Positions 9,495 to 18,714 of a stretch of 64,000 nucleotides of DNA are shown here, in pieces. This DNA is from a bacterium. GTDB lineage: Bacteria; Electryoneota; Electryoneia; Electryoneales; Electryoneaceae. The DNA lies in contig OY769902.1 in NCBI GenBank assembly GCA_963669175.1, forward strand, positions 5,088,001 to 5,152,000, given 5' to 3'. The translations under genes were made by a program, and so were the position numbers. Position 1 is the stretch's first letter, and each line of letters begins with the position of its first letter. The notes beneath the pieces were generated by a model that was not told the DNA's origin, did not search any database, and saw only the letters and a list, made by a program, of their open reading frames with translations.

Positions 9495-9572
9495 GTTCTC
9501 TATCCTTGCTTGTTCGCTTGTTGCTGTTACGACGAATACACATTCAGAAATCAGTATTCAATACTCTGAAAT

Positions 9573-9612
9573 AACTTTACAACTTTATAACTTTACAACT
9601 TTCAAACTTAAT
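9573..9612. repeat. Octamer tandem array (AACTTTNN x4-5) overlapping the stop codon of the upstream gene
   Basis: AACTTTAC-AACTTTAT-AACTTTAC-AACTTTCA-AACTTAAT. Confidence 0.8.
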
Positions 9613-10405
9613 TAGACCTGCCTGTCAATCGTGCGAAATTATCACGTGAGTGTGTCGCCATGCTTCCCGGCGCAGGACCACCCAGCCACGGTGGCAGCAT
9701 GATACGTTTCAACGGCAACACCGGCGCTTCAAATCCTTCAATCGTTACCAGTTTCCCAGTTTCGGGCTCGTCGGTGATCAGTTCAGCCTCACGTAACTGT
9801 TCAACCGGCGCAGTAACAAACACAACATCCACTCCACGCTCCTTCGCGGCAGCGCGTGTGAATTCAGCGCCATCACGCACCATCTCCAGGTCCGTCTCAT
9901 CCATCAGGTGAGTATTCCCGGCAATGGCAGTGACTTTCAGCTTTGAAGCTGCTTCGATCTCGTCCATCAATCGCATCGCTCCATCAACCGTACCGGTGAA
10001 AGGACGATTCTTGTTGAGGACAAAGATCATCTCATAGGATTGACGTTGGAATTCCGGCTTGAGCGAAGAAAGGACCGTCGCCCCGACATTGTCGCCCCCC
10101 ACATCAAATACAGTCAGTCCGTCCGGCCTGGTAATCAGGGTACGAACCTGGGGCAGTACAATGGGCAAATCAGCATTGTGCATCGCCCCCTCAGGAGCGA
10201 TGACCTTGATGCCCAACTCTTCCATCGGCTTACGAGCTTCACGGCAGCGGAAATACGGGTTCACCAGGTCCATATCGACAATGGCAACCTTTTCTCCCGC
10301 TCGTGCAAACGCAGAAACGACATTCACCGAGACTTCGGTTTTGCCGCTCCCGTAATTACCCGTGAAAAGTATCACATGCTTATCGGGGGCTAAAAATCGC
10401 GCCAC
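9608..10405 (-). CDS. P-loop ATPase (MinD/CbiA-like) of the type often found upstream of Vor operons
   Basis: Walker A GNYGSGKT, DMDLVNPYFR and DVGGD motifs; likely GTG start at 10405 after AGGAG (the ORF track extends it to 10543). Confidence 0.8.
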   Translation of the reverse strand: MARFLAPDKHVILFTGNYGSGKTEVSVNVVSAFARAGEKVAIVDMDLVNPYFRCREARKPMEELGIKVIAPEGAMHNADLPIVLPQVRTLITRPDGLTVFDVGGDNVGATVLSSLKPEFQRQSYEMIFVLNKNRPFTGTVDGAMRLMDEIEAASKLKVTAIAGNTHLMDETDLEMVRDGAEFTRAAAKERGVDVVFVTAPVEQLREAELITDEPETGKLVTIEGFEAPVLPLKRIMLPPWLGGPAPGSMATHSRDNFARLTGRSN

Positions 10406-10846
10406 ACCCAACTCCTGTACTGTTGAAAACACGTGCTCGGCATCCGTTTTCGACCTCTCTGTGCGCGCTGCCCCCAAGCGCCAGATTTTGTCAATCCAAT
10501 GCGGAAACCAAGGTACAAAAAGAAGACCCCACGTGCAAATCAATCAAGCCTCAACCCGAGGTAACGTATTGATAACATGTTGCAAGTTAGACACTCCTAT
10601 CTCGTGTTAGCACAAGCGGATATTTTGTGAAGAATGGTGCAAAATAGTTGCTGTCTTTCCTGCTTGCTCCGCTGTGATTGTGGATATGCAGGACAATTTC
10701 AACAAGATAAACTTTGCCTGACCAACGCGTTTTTCCGCTGTTATTACCTTGGCAAAATAGTCGGGTTGCCCGATGCACACGTGAGAGGGATCGTGTTCCT
10801 GTTGTTCTTGGATACTGTTATGTGGCAATGACCTGTAACGTAACCG

Positions 10847-11003
10847 GGAGTGGATCGGGACTGTGAGACATGGGACGCGTATACAAAGCTATATCCCGAT
10901 GCGCTCAATAGTGTAGATCTCTGGCAAGATTCTGTGGTAGTATTCCTGCGGTGTTTATCACGGAAGTCGCATCACGTGCTCATCGAGCCACCCGATCCAT
11001 TCC
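10847..11003. ncRNA. Candidate rod-shaped structured RNA (6S-like shape, family unassigned)
   Basis: Terminal inverted repeat GGAGTGGATCGGG / CCCGATCCATTCC (12/13), a further imperfect pairing, two unpaired ~15-nt segments and an inner imperfect hairpin; folded by eye only. Confidence 0.25.
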
Positions 11004-11144
11004 TATAACTTCCTCCTTTACCGCGTAAATCCCATTTTACAATGGAACACATCGTAATCAGTGAGGTGGAAAACGTACCCTTCAGGGGCTATATTGCGAG
11101 ATTGAACAACTTGACAACAAACAGACATTTTCGAAGAGGGTAGT

Positions 11145-11504
11145 GTGAACATTCCATTGGTTTTATTGATGGCTGGCGGTGGTGCGGCAGGTGGTGCGGA
11201 GCAGGCTCCGGGTGGTGCGGCAATGATTATGCAGATGTTGCCGTTTGTCCTGATTATCGCGGTATTTTACTTCCTGTTGATCCGTCCCCAGGCGAAGAAG
11301 CAGAAAGAGCAGCAGAAGATGCTCGGCGGCGTTCAGCAGGGTGATGAGGTTGTGACCATCGGCGGTATCCATGGCAAGGTCGCCGGCGTGCGCGAGCAGG
11401 ACAACACCTTGATTATCAAGCTCAACGACACGACCAAGATTACAATTGACCGTGCCGCAGTTTCCCGTGTCGTCAACAAGGGCGATGGTTCGGACAAGAA
11501 CTGA
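11145..11504 (+). CDS. yajC: Preprotein translocase subunit YajC
   Basis: FYFLLIRPQ and GDEVVTIGGIHG motifs. Confidence 0.95.
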   Translation: MNIPLVLLMAGGGAAGGAEQAPGGAAMIMQMLPFVLIIAVFYFLLIRPQAKKQKEQQKMLGGVQQGDEVVTIGGIHGKVAGVREQDNTLIIKLNDTTKITIDRAAVSRVVNKGDGSDKN

Positions 11505-11579
11505 TTCTGTCCTGTCCCATAGTTGTCAACCAGTGAAGTGTTAAAGCGGGAGCATTTTCCGCTTTTCGGAGTTGCAATA

Positions 11580-12131
11580 ATGAAGAAGTATCCGATCCGT
11601 TTGTTAGGCGATCCTGTTTTACGTGCAGTTGCACAGGAGATCACCGAGTTTGATGAGTCCCTTGAAGAATTCGCTGGCGACATGGTCGCCGCGATGATTG
11701 AGGGGGATGGTATCGGTTTGGCTGCCCCACAGGTGGGCGTCTCTAAACGCTTTATCGTCATCGGCATGCCGGTGAAGAATGAAGATGATACCACAACACG
11801 CAAGATCTATGTGATGGTCAATCCGGAGATCATTGAGGAAAGCGAAGACGAGACCGAGATTGAAGAAGGTTGTCTGTCGATTCCGGACATCGCTGAAAAT
11901 GTCTACCGTCCCCAGTTTGTCAAGATTCGTTACCAGGATCTGAAAGGCGAATGGCAGGAGGTCGAAGCCGGAGAAATGCTGTCACGTGTTTTCCAGCATG
12001 AGAACGATCATCTGAACGGAGTGCTGTTCATCGATCACCTCTCCTCCCTGAAACGTCGTTTGCTGAAAGGTAAACTGAGACGGATTGAAGAACGGTCCCG
12101 TGAACTACGCAAGGAACTCGGCGAGTTGTAG
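11580..12131 (+). CDS. def: Peptide deformylase
   Basis: GIGLAAPQVG, EGCLSIP and QHENDHLNG motifs; ATG at 11580. Confidence 0.97.
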   Translation: MKKYPIRLLGDPVLRAVAQEITEFDESLEEFAGDMVAAMIEGDGIGLAAPQVGVSKRFIVIGMPVKNEDDTTTRKIYVMVNPEIIEESEDETEIEEGCLSIPDIAENVYRPQFVKIRYQDLKGEWQEVEAGEMLSRVFQHENDHLNGVLFIDHLSSLKRRLLKGKLRRIEERSRELRKELGEL

Positions 12132-12257
12132 CGAGTGTTTCTTGTTGTGAGCTGATGGCCTTTTCATCACGTTTATCATTGCCCCGCTGTAGACACATCA
12201 TGCCCTGCATTTTCCAGGCTGGTCCAGTGGGGTTTGTTATACAGGGATGCGAGAATC

Positions 12258-13184
12258 ATGCGAGTTGCCTTTTTAGGAACAGCAGACTTTGGCATTCCCG
12301 CACTTCAGGCGTTGCTGCAGAGTGAACATGAAGTTGTGGGAGTTGTAACCGGTGCGGACAAACCAGCGGGGCGTGGACGCAAGCTGATTCCGACTCCGGT
12401 GAAACAGGTTGCCGAACAAGCCGGACTGCCGGTATTAACCCCCGGACGTTTCAAAGATCCCGCATTCCTGCAAGCTTATAACGAGTGGCAGCCGGACGCG
12501 GCAGTAGTTGTGGCATTCCGTATCCTTCCACCTGAAGTGTTTGATCTGCCGACATTGGGCACCCTGAACATCCACCCCAGCCTGTTGCCTGCCTATCGTG
12601 GCCCTGCACCTCTGAATTGGGCCTTGATCAACGGCGAAAAAGAGACCGGCGTCAGCATCATCCGAATTTCGCGCAAGGTGGATGCAGGCGGAGTGTTGTT
12701 ACAGCGCAGGATAGAGTTGCATCCCCTGGAAACCGCATCAGCCCTGTCAGAGCGGCTCGCTCCGATAGGCGGCGAGATGGTACTTGAAGCGCTTGCGGGG
12801 ATAGAACACAACCGCCTCTCGCCCATCGAACAGGATGAGAGCAACGTCACCAAAGCACCCAAGCTCACCAAGGAAGACGGGCTGCTGGACTGGACCAGGC
12901 CTGCTCTTGAGGTCCATAACCGTGCTCGTGGGGTCACCTTCTGGCCGGGCGCCTATACCTTCCATGAAGGCTTGCCGTTGAAGCTGTACTGTTCACGTCC
13001 GGTTGAGGGCATGGGCAAGCCCGGTGAAGTCCTCGAGACAGGAAGGTCACTGGTAATCGCATGTGGTGATGGCGCGGTTTCATTTGGCGAGATCCAGAAG
13101 CAGGGCAAGAAACGTATGGAAGCGGAAGCGTTTTTTCGTGGCGCTACGATGAAATCAGGCGACATTCTTGGGAAGACGTCATGA
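12258..13184 (+). CDS. fmt: Methionyl-tRNA formyltransferase
   Basis: DKPAGRG, NIHPSLLPAYRGPAP, DAG and APKL motifs; follows def. Confidence 0.96.
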   Translation: MRVAFLGTADFGIPALQALLQSEHEVVGVVTGADKPAGRGRKLIPTPVKQVAEQAGLPVLTPGRFKDPAFLQAYNEWQPDAAVVVAFRILPPEVFDLPTLGTLNIHPSLLPAYRGPAPLNWALINGEKETGVSIIRISRKVDAGGVLLQRRIELHPLETASALSERLAPIGGEMVLEALAGIEHNRLSPIEQDESNVTKAPKLTKEDGLLDWTRPALEVHNRARGVTFWPGAYTFHEGLPLKLYCSRPVEGMGKPGEVLETGRSLVIACGDGAVSFGEIQKQGKKRMEAEAFFRGATMKSGDILGKTS

Positions 13185-14548
13185 GCAAATCCGGCAACAA
13201 TCCGCGCAGGGTTGCGGTCAAGATATTAACCACCTGGCAGAAGAGCTCCGGGAAGATTGACGCTATCCGTGATACGGTTTTACTTAAACATCCAGACCTT
13301 GATGCTCGAGACCGCAACCTGATCACGGAATTGACCTTCGGCGTTACCCGGCAGGTCACCGAGCTGGACCGTGAATTAGATGGACTGGTCAAAAGTGGTG
13401 TGGGCAAGATGCAACACCGCTTGTTGGCGATTCTTCGGGTCGGCCTTTACCAGATACGTTTTCTGGACCGGATTCCTGCTTCTGCGGCAGTTGATGAAGC
13501 GGTTTCACATGCACGTGCTATCTACGGAGACAAAGCCGGCGGCCTGGTAAATGCAGTTTTACGTAATGCCGCCAGGCAGACGGAAACGAAAGAAGCATCC
13601 ATGAACGATATACCGAAACTGAAACCGGGACAACGTCCCGTTACCGCATTTTACGCCCAGGCCGGTCCATTGCCGCAGTGGCGTTCACACTGGAACCAGA
13701 ACTGGGGCCCGGAGAAAACAGAAGAGCTGATCCAGCATTTCACGACCATTCCCCCGGTTGGTTTGCGGCGCAACCTGCTGAAATCAGAAAATGATGCGGA
13801 GTGGATTGAGAAGCTGAAAACGGAAGGTCTTGAACCGGAACCTGTTGAAGATTGGCCCGGCTATGTCTATGTGAAGGGCGTGAACCCTCATGGGCTGCCT
13901 TCTTTCGAGGAAGGATTGACGACTGTACAGGATCCGGCAGCGGGGATAGCGCCGCGTGTACTGGACCCGCAGCCGGGTGAATATATTCTGGATATGTGCA
14001 GCGCACCGGGCGGGAAATCGGCTGTCATCTGGGAGTTGATGAAGGGTGAAGGACGTCTGCTTTCGGTTGACAAAAGTATGAAACGGAACAAGCTGACCCG
14101 TGAAGGCTTGAAGCGCCTGGGACATGACGGACCAACCGTATTCACCGCTGATGCAACTTCCTGGAGTGATGGACCATTTGATCGTGTTCTTGTAGACGTT
14201 CCATGTAGTGGAACCGGAGTGGCTCATCGCCGCGCGGACCTCCTGGTCAACCGTCCTCCGATACAGGCCATGCACCAGCCGAAAATCCAGCGCAGCGTAT
14301 TGCAGAAAGCTGCGGAGATGGTCAAGGTTGGCGGTGTGCTGGTCTATTCCACATGCAGCCTTGAACCGGAAGAAAATGAAAAGGTCGTAAAATTCTTTGA
14401 GAAGAAACATGGTGACCGGTTTGAACGTGATGACCTCCCTGACAGTATCCCGGAACGGTGGCGGATTGAGAAGGGCATGGCGAAAACCTGGCCGCCTCGT
14501 GATCATGTTGACGGCGCATTCGTAGCTCGCTGGAGACGAATCGCATGA
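13181..14548 (+). CDS. rsmB: 16S rRNA m5C967 methyltransferase RsmB/Sun
   Basis: NusB-like N-terminus; DMCSAPGGKS, DVPCSGTG and YSTCS motifs. Confidence 0.92.
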   Translation: MSKSGNNPRRVAVKILTTWQKSSGKIDAIRDTVLLKHPDLDARDRNLITELTFGVTRQVTELDRELDGLVKSGVGKMQHRLLAILRVGLYQIRFLDRIPASAAVDEAVSHARAIYGDKAGGLVNAVLRNAARQTETKEASMNDIPKLKPGQRPVTAFYAQAGPLPQWRSHWNQNWGPEKTEELIQHFTTIPPVGLRRNLLKSENDAEWIEKLKTEGLEPEPVEDWPGYVYVKGVNPHGLPSFEEGLTTVQDPAAGIAPRVLDPQPGEYILDMCSAPGGKSAVIWELMKGEGRLLSVDKSMKRNKLTREGLKRLGHDGPTVFTADATSWSDGPFDRVLVDVPCSGTGVAHRRADLLVNRPPIQAMHQPKIQRSVLQKAAEMVKVGGVLVYSTCSLEPEENEKVVKFFEKKHGDRFERDDLPDSIPERWRIEKGMAKTWPPRDHVDGAFVARWRRIA

Positions 14549-15321
14549 AAAAGCGTTCATTCGGACAATGGGTAAAGCTCACGTGGAACTGGGGCGTCCG
14601 GCTCCTGCTTGTCCTGGCAGTCTGGGCGGTTCTCGCTTCCATTTTGCAATGGATTGTGTTGCCGGTATTTGTCCGAAAAGGACGGGAAGTTACCGTTCCT
14701 GAGCTTCGTGGTGTTGCCGAAGATTCTGCAATCGTAGCCATGGAAAAGGCCGGATTCGGCTTTGTCGTCGATGACAGACGTCTTGATCCCGCTGTTCCGG
14801 CTGGCCATATCATTGACCAGCGTCCTCTTCCGGATCGCCTGACCAAACCGGGCAGGCGCATTCATGTGATCGTCTCAACCGGCGCACCGGAAGTCCATGT
14901 CCCGGATGTGACCGGGAAAACACGCCAGGACGCGATTGCACTACTGCAACGCATGGGGCTGGAAATGGGCGAACTCAGGTATGCATTCAGTGACACATAC
15001 CTGGAGAAACAGGTCATTTCCCAGTATCCGGATGCCCATACACTGCTGACAAACGACAATCGGATCGCATTTATCACTATCAGCCTTGGAAAGAAGCCGG
15101 CTATCTTTGAGATTCCCAGGCTTATCGGTCTGGATGAAGAAGAGGCGCGTTTCCTGATTCGAAAGGCCGGATTACAACTGGGTGTCGTTTCCTTTGAACG
15201 GCGGGAGTATGAGCCGGATGGAGTAATTATTGAGCAGGTTCCCGAACCGGGCACAGTTGTGGAGGAAGGCGCCCAGGTATCTGTGATCATCAATCAGAAA
15301 GAGAAAAAAGAGCGGAAGTGA
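14545..15321 (+). CDS. PASTA-domain membrane protein (three PASTA repeats)
   Basis: N-terminal TM helix; VPELRG, VPDVTG and IPRLIG repeats, each with I-x-Q-x-P. Confidence 0.9.
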   Translation: MKKRSFGQWVKLTWNWGVRLLLVLAVWAVLASILQWIVLPVFVRKGREVTVPELRGVAEDSAIVAMEKAGFGFVVDDRRLDPAVPAGHIIDQRPLPDRLTKPGRRIHVIVSTGAPEVHVPDVTGKTRQDAIALLQRMGLEMGELRYAFSDTYLEKQVISQYPDAHTLLTNDNRIAFITISLGKKPAIFEIPRLIGLDEEEARFLIRKAGLQLGVVSFERREYEPDGVIIEQVPEPGTVVEEGAQVSVIINQKEKKERK

Positions 15322-15342
15322 CAGAATTTTCGGGGGACAAGG

Positions 15343-16044
15343 ATGGAAATCTTGGAGCGTGAACGTATCGGCGGGCGTGTCCGCATGCTGCCTTCATTAC
15401 TCGCAGCGGATTTTACCAGGTTGGGTGAAGAGGGCAGGCGCGCCATGGAAGCTGGCGCCCAGGGGCTGCATGCAGATGTGATGGATGGCCGATTCGTTCC
15501 CCCGATTACCTTTGGTGCGGATATTGTAAAAGCGGTGGTACAGGCGACTGGCGCCCGGGTTGACGCCCATTTGATGATCATCGAGCCTGAGCGTCAGATT
15601 GAAGCTTTCGCCAAAGCGGGCGTGAAGGCTATAACAGTACATGTTGAAGTTTGTCCGCACCTGCACAGGGTATTGTGGCAGATCAAGGAAGCCGGATGCG
15701 AAGCCGGCGTATCCCTGAACCCGGCTACCCCAGTGAACGAGATGATACGTTATGCTCTGCCGTTGATTGACCGGGTACTCGTGATGACAGTCAATCCAGG
15801 TTGGGGTGGACAGGCTTTTATTAAGGAGGGTATGAATAAGGTCCATGAAGTGCGAAGTCTTCTTGATTCGCTTGGATCAAAAGCAGAGATACAGGTTGAC
15901 GGCGGCGTAAGCGCTGTCAATGCCGGTGAACTGGTATTGAATGGGGTTACGGAACTTGTAGCCGGAAGCGCTATTTACAAGGGCAACATACAAAACAATA
16001 TCGACTCAATGAAGAAAGAGATTCTCAAGGCGCTAGGGGCTTGA
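15343..16044 (+). CDS. rpe: Ribulose-phosphate 3-epimerase
   Basis: PSLLAADF, HADVMDGRFVP, DAHLM, MTVNPGWGGQ and VDGG motifs. Confidence 0.96.
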   Translation: MEILERERIGGRVRMLPSLLAADFTRLGEEGRRAMEAGAQGLHADVMDGRFVPPITFGADIVKAVVQATGARVDAHLMIIEPERQIEAFAKAGVKAITVHVEVCPHLHRVLWQIKEAGCEAGVSLNPATPVNEMIRYALPLIDRVLVMTVNPGWGGQAFIKEGMNKVHEVRSLLDSLGSKAEIQVDGGVSAVNAGELVLNGVTELVAGSAIYKGNIQNNIDSMKKEILKALGA

Positions 16045-16181
16045 GAATCGGCGTGCGTTGGGATGTAGTACCAAAAAAATGGAAAAATAGTACTTCCTGA
16101 TTTGGATGACACTATCGCGAGGGCTATTTTAGTTCGACAAAAGGATATTCGGTCACAGGTAAAAGATTCGAGGGGGCAGGC

Positions 16182-16844
16182 ATGAAGTTGTGGAAACTAT
16201 TCGTGCTGGCGATCATGATTTCAGCACTGGTTATCGGTTGCGGCAAGAAGGAACAGCCGGCGCAGGAAAAGCAGAAACCTGAAAAGATCACACCTGTTGA
16301 GCATTCGGGCGCTGCGGAGAAGGCTACACCGGCAGAAGAAACTGCACCGGCAGAAAAACCGGCGGCAGAACCGGAGGTCAAACAGCCGGCCAAGGAAGAC
16401 CCGCGCGGCAAACGTGGCGCTGATGAAGGAGAGATGGGCCATGCCAAACCGGCAAAAGAAAAAGATAAAGGATCTGCGTCTGGTGGTAACACGTCAAACA
16501 GGGTTACTCTTTCCGGCGCACCTACTGTTACCGCTGTCAAAGGCGCACATCTTTCACGGCAGGTAGACCAGGTTAGCAATACAATCAGGGGAAACCTGAG
16601 TGACATTCAGGCTTGCTACACGAAACAAAAGCAAGCCCAGTCAACTTTGGAAGGTTGGATTACCGTAAAGGTTACCGTTAAAAATGATGGTTCCACGACC
16701 AATGTGGCGATTGATAAAAGCAATTGGGATGGCAATAATGCCGGCAAGAAGGTAGAAACATGCGTCACAAACGATATGCGTGACTGGAATTTCGGGAATT
16801 CGAAGGCAGATTGTAATGTTCAGTTCAAACTGGAATTCAGATAA
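16182..16844 (+). CDS. Lipoprotein with low-complexity linker and AgmX/PglI (TonB-C-like) C-terminal domain
   Basis: Lipobox LVIGC; P/A/E/K-rich linker; IQACY...LEG.I.VK.TV..DG...C.....WNF pattern. Confidence 0.7.
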   Translation: MKLWKLFVLAIMISALVIGCGKKEQPAQEKQKPEKITPVEHSGAAEKATPAEETAPAEKPAAEPEVKQPAKEDPRGKRGADEGEMGHAKPAKEKDKGSASGGNTSNRVTLSGAPTVTAVKGAHLSRQVDQVSNTIRGNLSDIQACYTKQKQAQSTLEGWITVKVTVKNDGSTTNVAIDKSNWDGNNAGKKVETCVTNDMRDWNFGNSKADCNVQFKLEFR

Positions 16845-16872
16845 TCTGCGAAACTTCTTGAGCGCGTTTACT

Positions 16873-16909
16873 ATCACCCCTGGTTACTGAAACCAGGGGT
16901 GATTTTATT
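16873..16909 (+). terminator. Intrinsic terminator
   Basis: Perfect 13-bp stem ATCACCCCTGGTT/AACCAGGGGTGAT followed by TTTATT. Confidence 0.85.
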
Positions 16910-17027
16910 CCAGTGTTCCCATCAATATTCCCGCAAATCCATATACAATTTTCGGTTGAATTCTTTTTCAAACAAGAAATGGATTGGTTGAATAGATACA
17001 TACTTTTATGTACATTATATTTCTGAG

Positions 17028-18698
17028 TTGGATGATCGGGTGGGTTTTAAAAAATGCAGGGCCAATTGGGGATCGCTGGTGACAACAGCAAATCCAAAGA
17101 AGACCCCCACAAGCAGTAGTACCACCTCGGATGATACGCCAAGGCGGGTAGTACTGCCTTTGGCATTCCAGGCTGCGCTACTGGTAATTGTTGTAATTAC
17201 CATAAATACAGGTTTACTCATCTTTCGCATTTCAGGTCGTGTTGATCGGGAATTGTTGCATCAGATTGAATTGCGTGGCCAGGATCTGGTCCATCACATT
17301 GCCGATATTAGTACACTTCCCTTGCCGAGCGGTAACCTCCAGGTAGTAGAAGAAACAGCGCGGCAGGTTGCATTGGGCGACAGCTCGTTCATCAGGAGCA
17401 TCCAGATCGTGACCCTGATTGAACTGTACAATGCTCCCAACCGCTCAAGGAATGAGGCAATCCCGGTCGGAACAATCGTTGGACATTCCAATTCGAAAAA
17501 ACTGGGCGAGAAATACTCCCCGCCTGAAGCATTGGCCCCTGAAGATTCTGCAAAGGGAATGGCTGTTATCACGTTGCCAGACGGTAGTAAAATACTCTGG
17601 CTGCGCGAATATATTGATGCCATGTATAACAGCAATAAACCTGAAATTGTAGGATTAGTAGAAATTACCCTTGATTTGGCAGTTATTGAACCGGCCGTTA
17701 GACACACACAGCGTGAAATTATTGCTTATGGTGTCTTATCCGTAATTATTGGCGCAGCAGGATTGATTCTTCTGTTCCATATCATTCTTCGCCCGATCAG
17801 GCGGCTTGCCGCGGCCATGTCCAAAGTGAAACGTGGTGAATTCGACCACCAGATTGTGACACACGATCCTTCCGAAGTCGGACTTCTTACTGAAGCGTTT
17901 AATGATATGGCCGCTGAGCTCGAGATTTTACAACAACACCTGGTTGCCCAGGAATTGATCAAACGCGAACTCGACATTGCTCGCTCCATCCAGAAATCCC
18001 TGCTGCCGGAAACTCTGCCTTTCATCAAGAGTCTTGACCTGGCTGCCAAGTATGAAGCTGCCCAGGAAGTAGGCGGCGACTATTACGATGTACTGAAGGT
18101 TGACGACAACCGATGGGCGATGGTGATAGGAGATGTATCGGGGAAAGGCATCCCTGCTTCACTGGTTATGAGCATGACCAGGAGCATCATTCGTTCCCAG
18201 ATTCGTGGCGGTCATTATACTCCTGCTGAAGTGCTGATCCGTACCAACAATGTTCTATGCGAAGACATGGCGCCGGGGATGTTTGTAACCCTGACCCTGG
18301 CTTACTACGATGTGACAACTGATGAATTTACCATTGCATCAGCGGGACATCTACCTCCTATCATCAACAGAGACGGTAAAATTCATGAACTCCGCTTACC
18401 CGGCCTTCCGCTGGGAGCCGATAACAGTGGAGTATTCGAAGAGGTTATTGAAGAGGGAATATTGACTCTTATGCCTGATGATATCGTCCTTCTCTATACG
18501 GATGGTATTACCGAGGCCATGAACTCCAATGGTGAACTCTTTGGTTTTGACCGCCTTGAACAAGCCCTCCGCTCGTACCCCTATGGCCCGATGAAGAATT
18601 TTACTGTTACCTTGATGAGACGTATTTCTGATTTCCGCGGTAGAGCTGCACCAAGTGATGATCTTACATTCATAGCAGTAAAGCGCATAGCGGAATAA
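17028..18698 (+). CDS. Membrane sensor PP2C (SpoIIE/RsbU-type) phosphatase with HAMP domain
   Basis: Two TM helices, HAMP (SEVGLLTEAFNDM), VGGDYYD, GDVSGKG, YTDGITE and SDDLT; true start may be GTG at 17079. Confidence 0.92.
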   Translation: MDDRVGFKKCRANWGSLVTTANPKKTPTSSSTTSDDTPRRVVLPLAFQAALLVIVVITINTGLLIFRISGRVDRELLHQIELRGQDLVHHIADISTLPLPSGNLQVVEETARQVALGDSSFIRSIQIVTLIELYNAPNRSRNEAIPVGTIVGHSNSKKLGEKYSPPEALAPEDSAKGMAVITLPDGSKILWLREYIDAMYNSNKPEIVGLVEITLDLAVIEPAVRHTQREIIAYGVLSVIIGAAGLILLFHIILRPIRRLAAAMSKVKRGEFDHQIVTHDPSEVGLLTEAFNDMAAELEILQQHLVAQELIKRELDIARSIQKSLLPETLPFIKSLDLAAKYEAAQEVGGDYYDVLKVDDNRWAMVIGDVSGKGIPASLVMSMTRSIIRSQIRGGHYTPAEVLIRTNNVLCEDMAPGMFVTLTLAYYDVTTDEFTIASAGHLPPIINRDGKIHELRLPGLPLGADNSGVFEEVIEEGILTLMPDDIVLLYTDGITEAMNSNGELFGFDRLEQALRSYPYGPMKNFTVTLMRRISDFRGRAAPSDDLTFIAVKRIAE

Positions 18699-18714
18699 CC
18701 AACTTCCTACAACC

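Noticed and set aside
10627-10644. Rex operator upstream of the redox operon (TTGTGAAGAATGGTGCAA)
   Set aside because: The right half matches TTCACAA poorly; not supportable.
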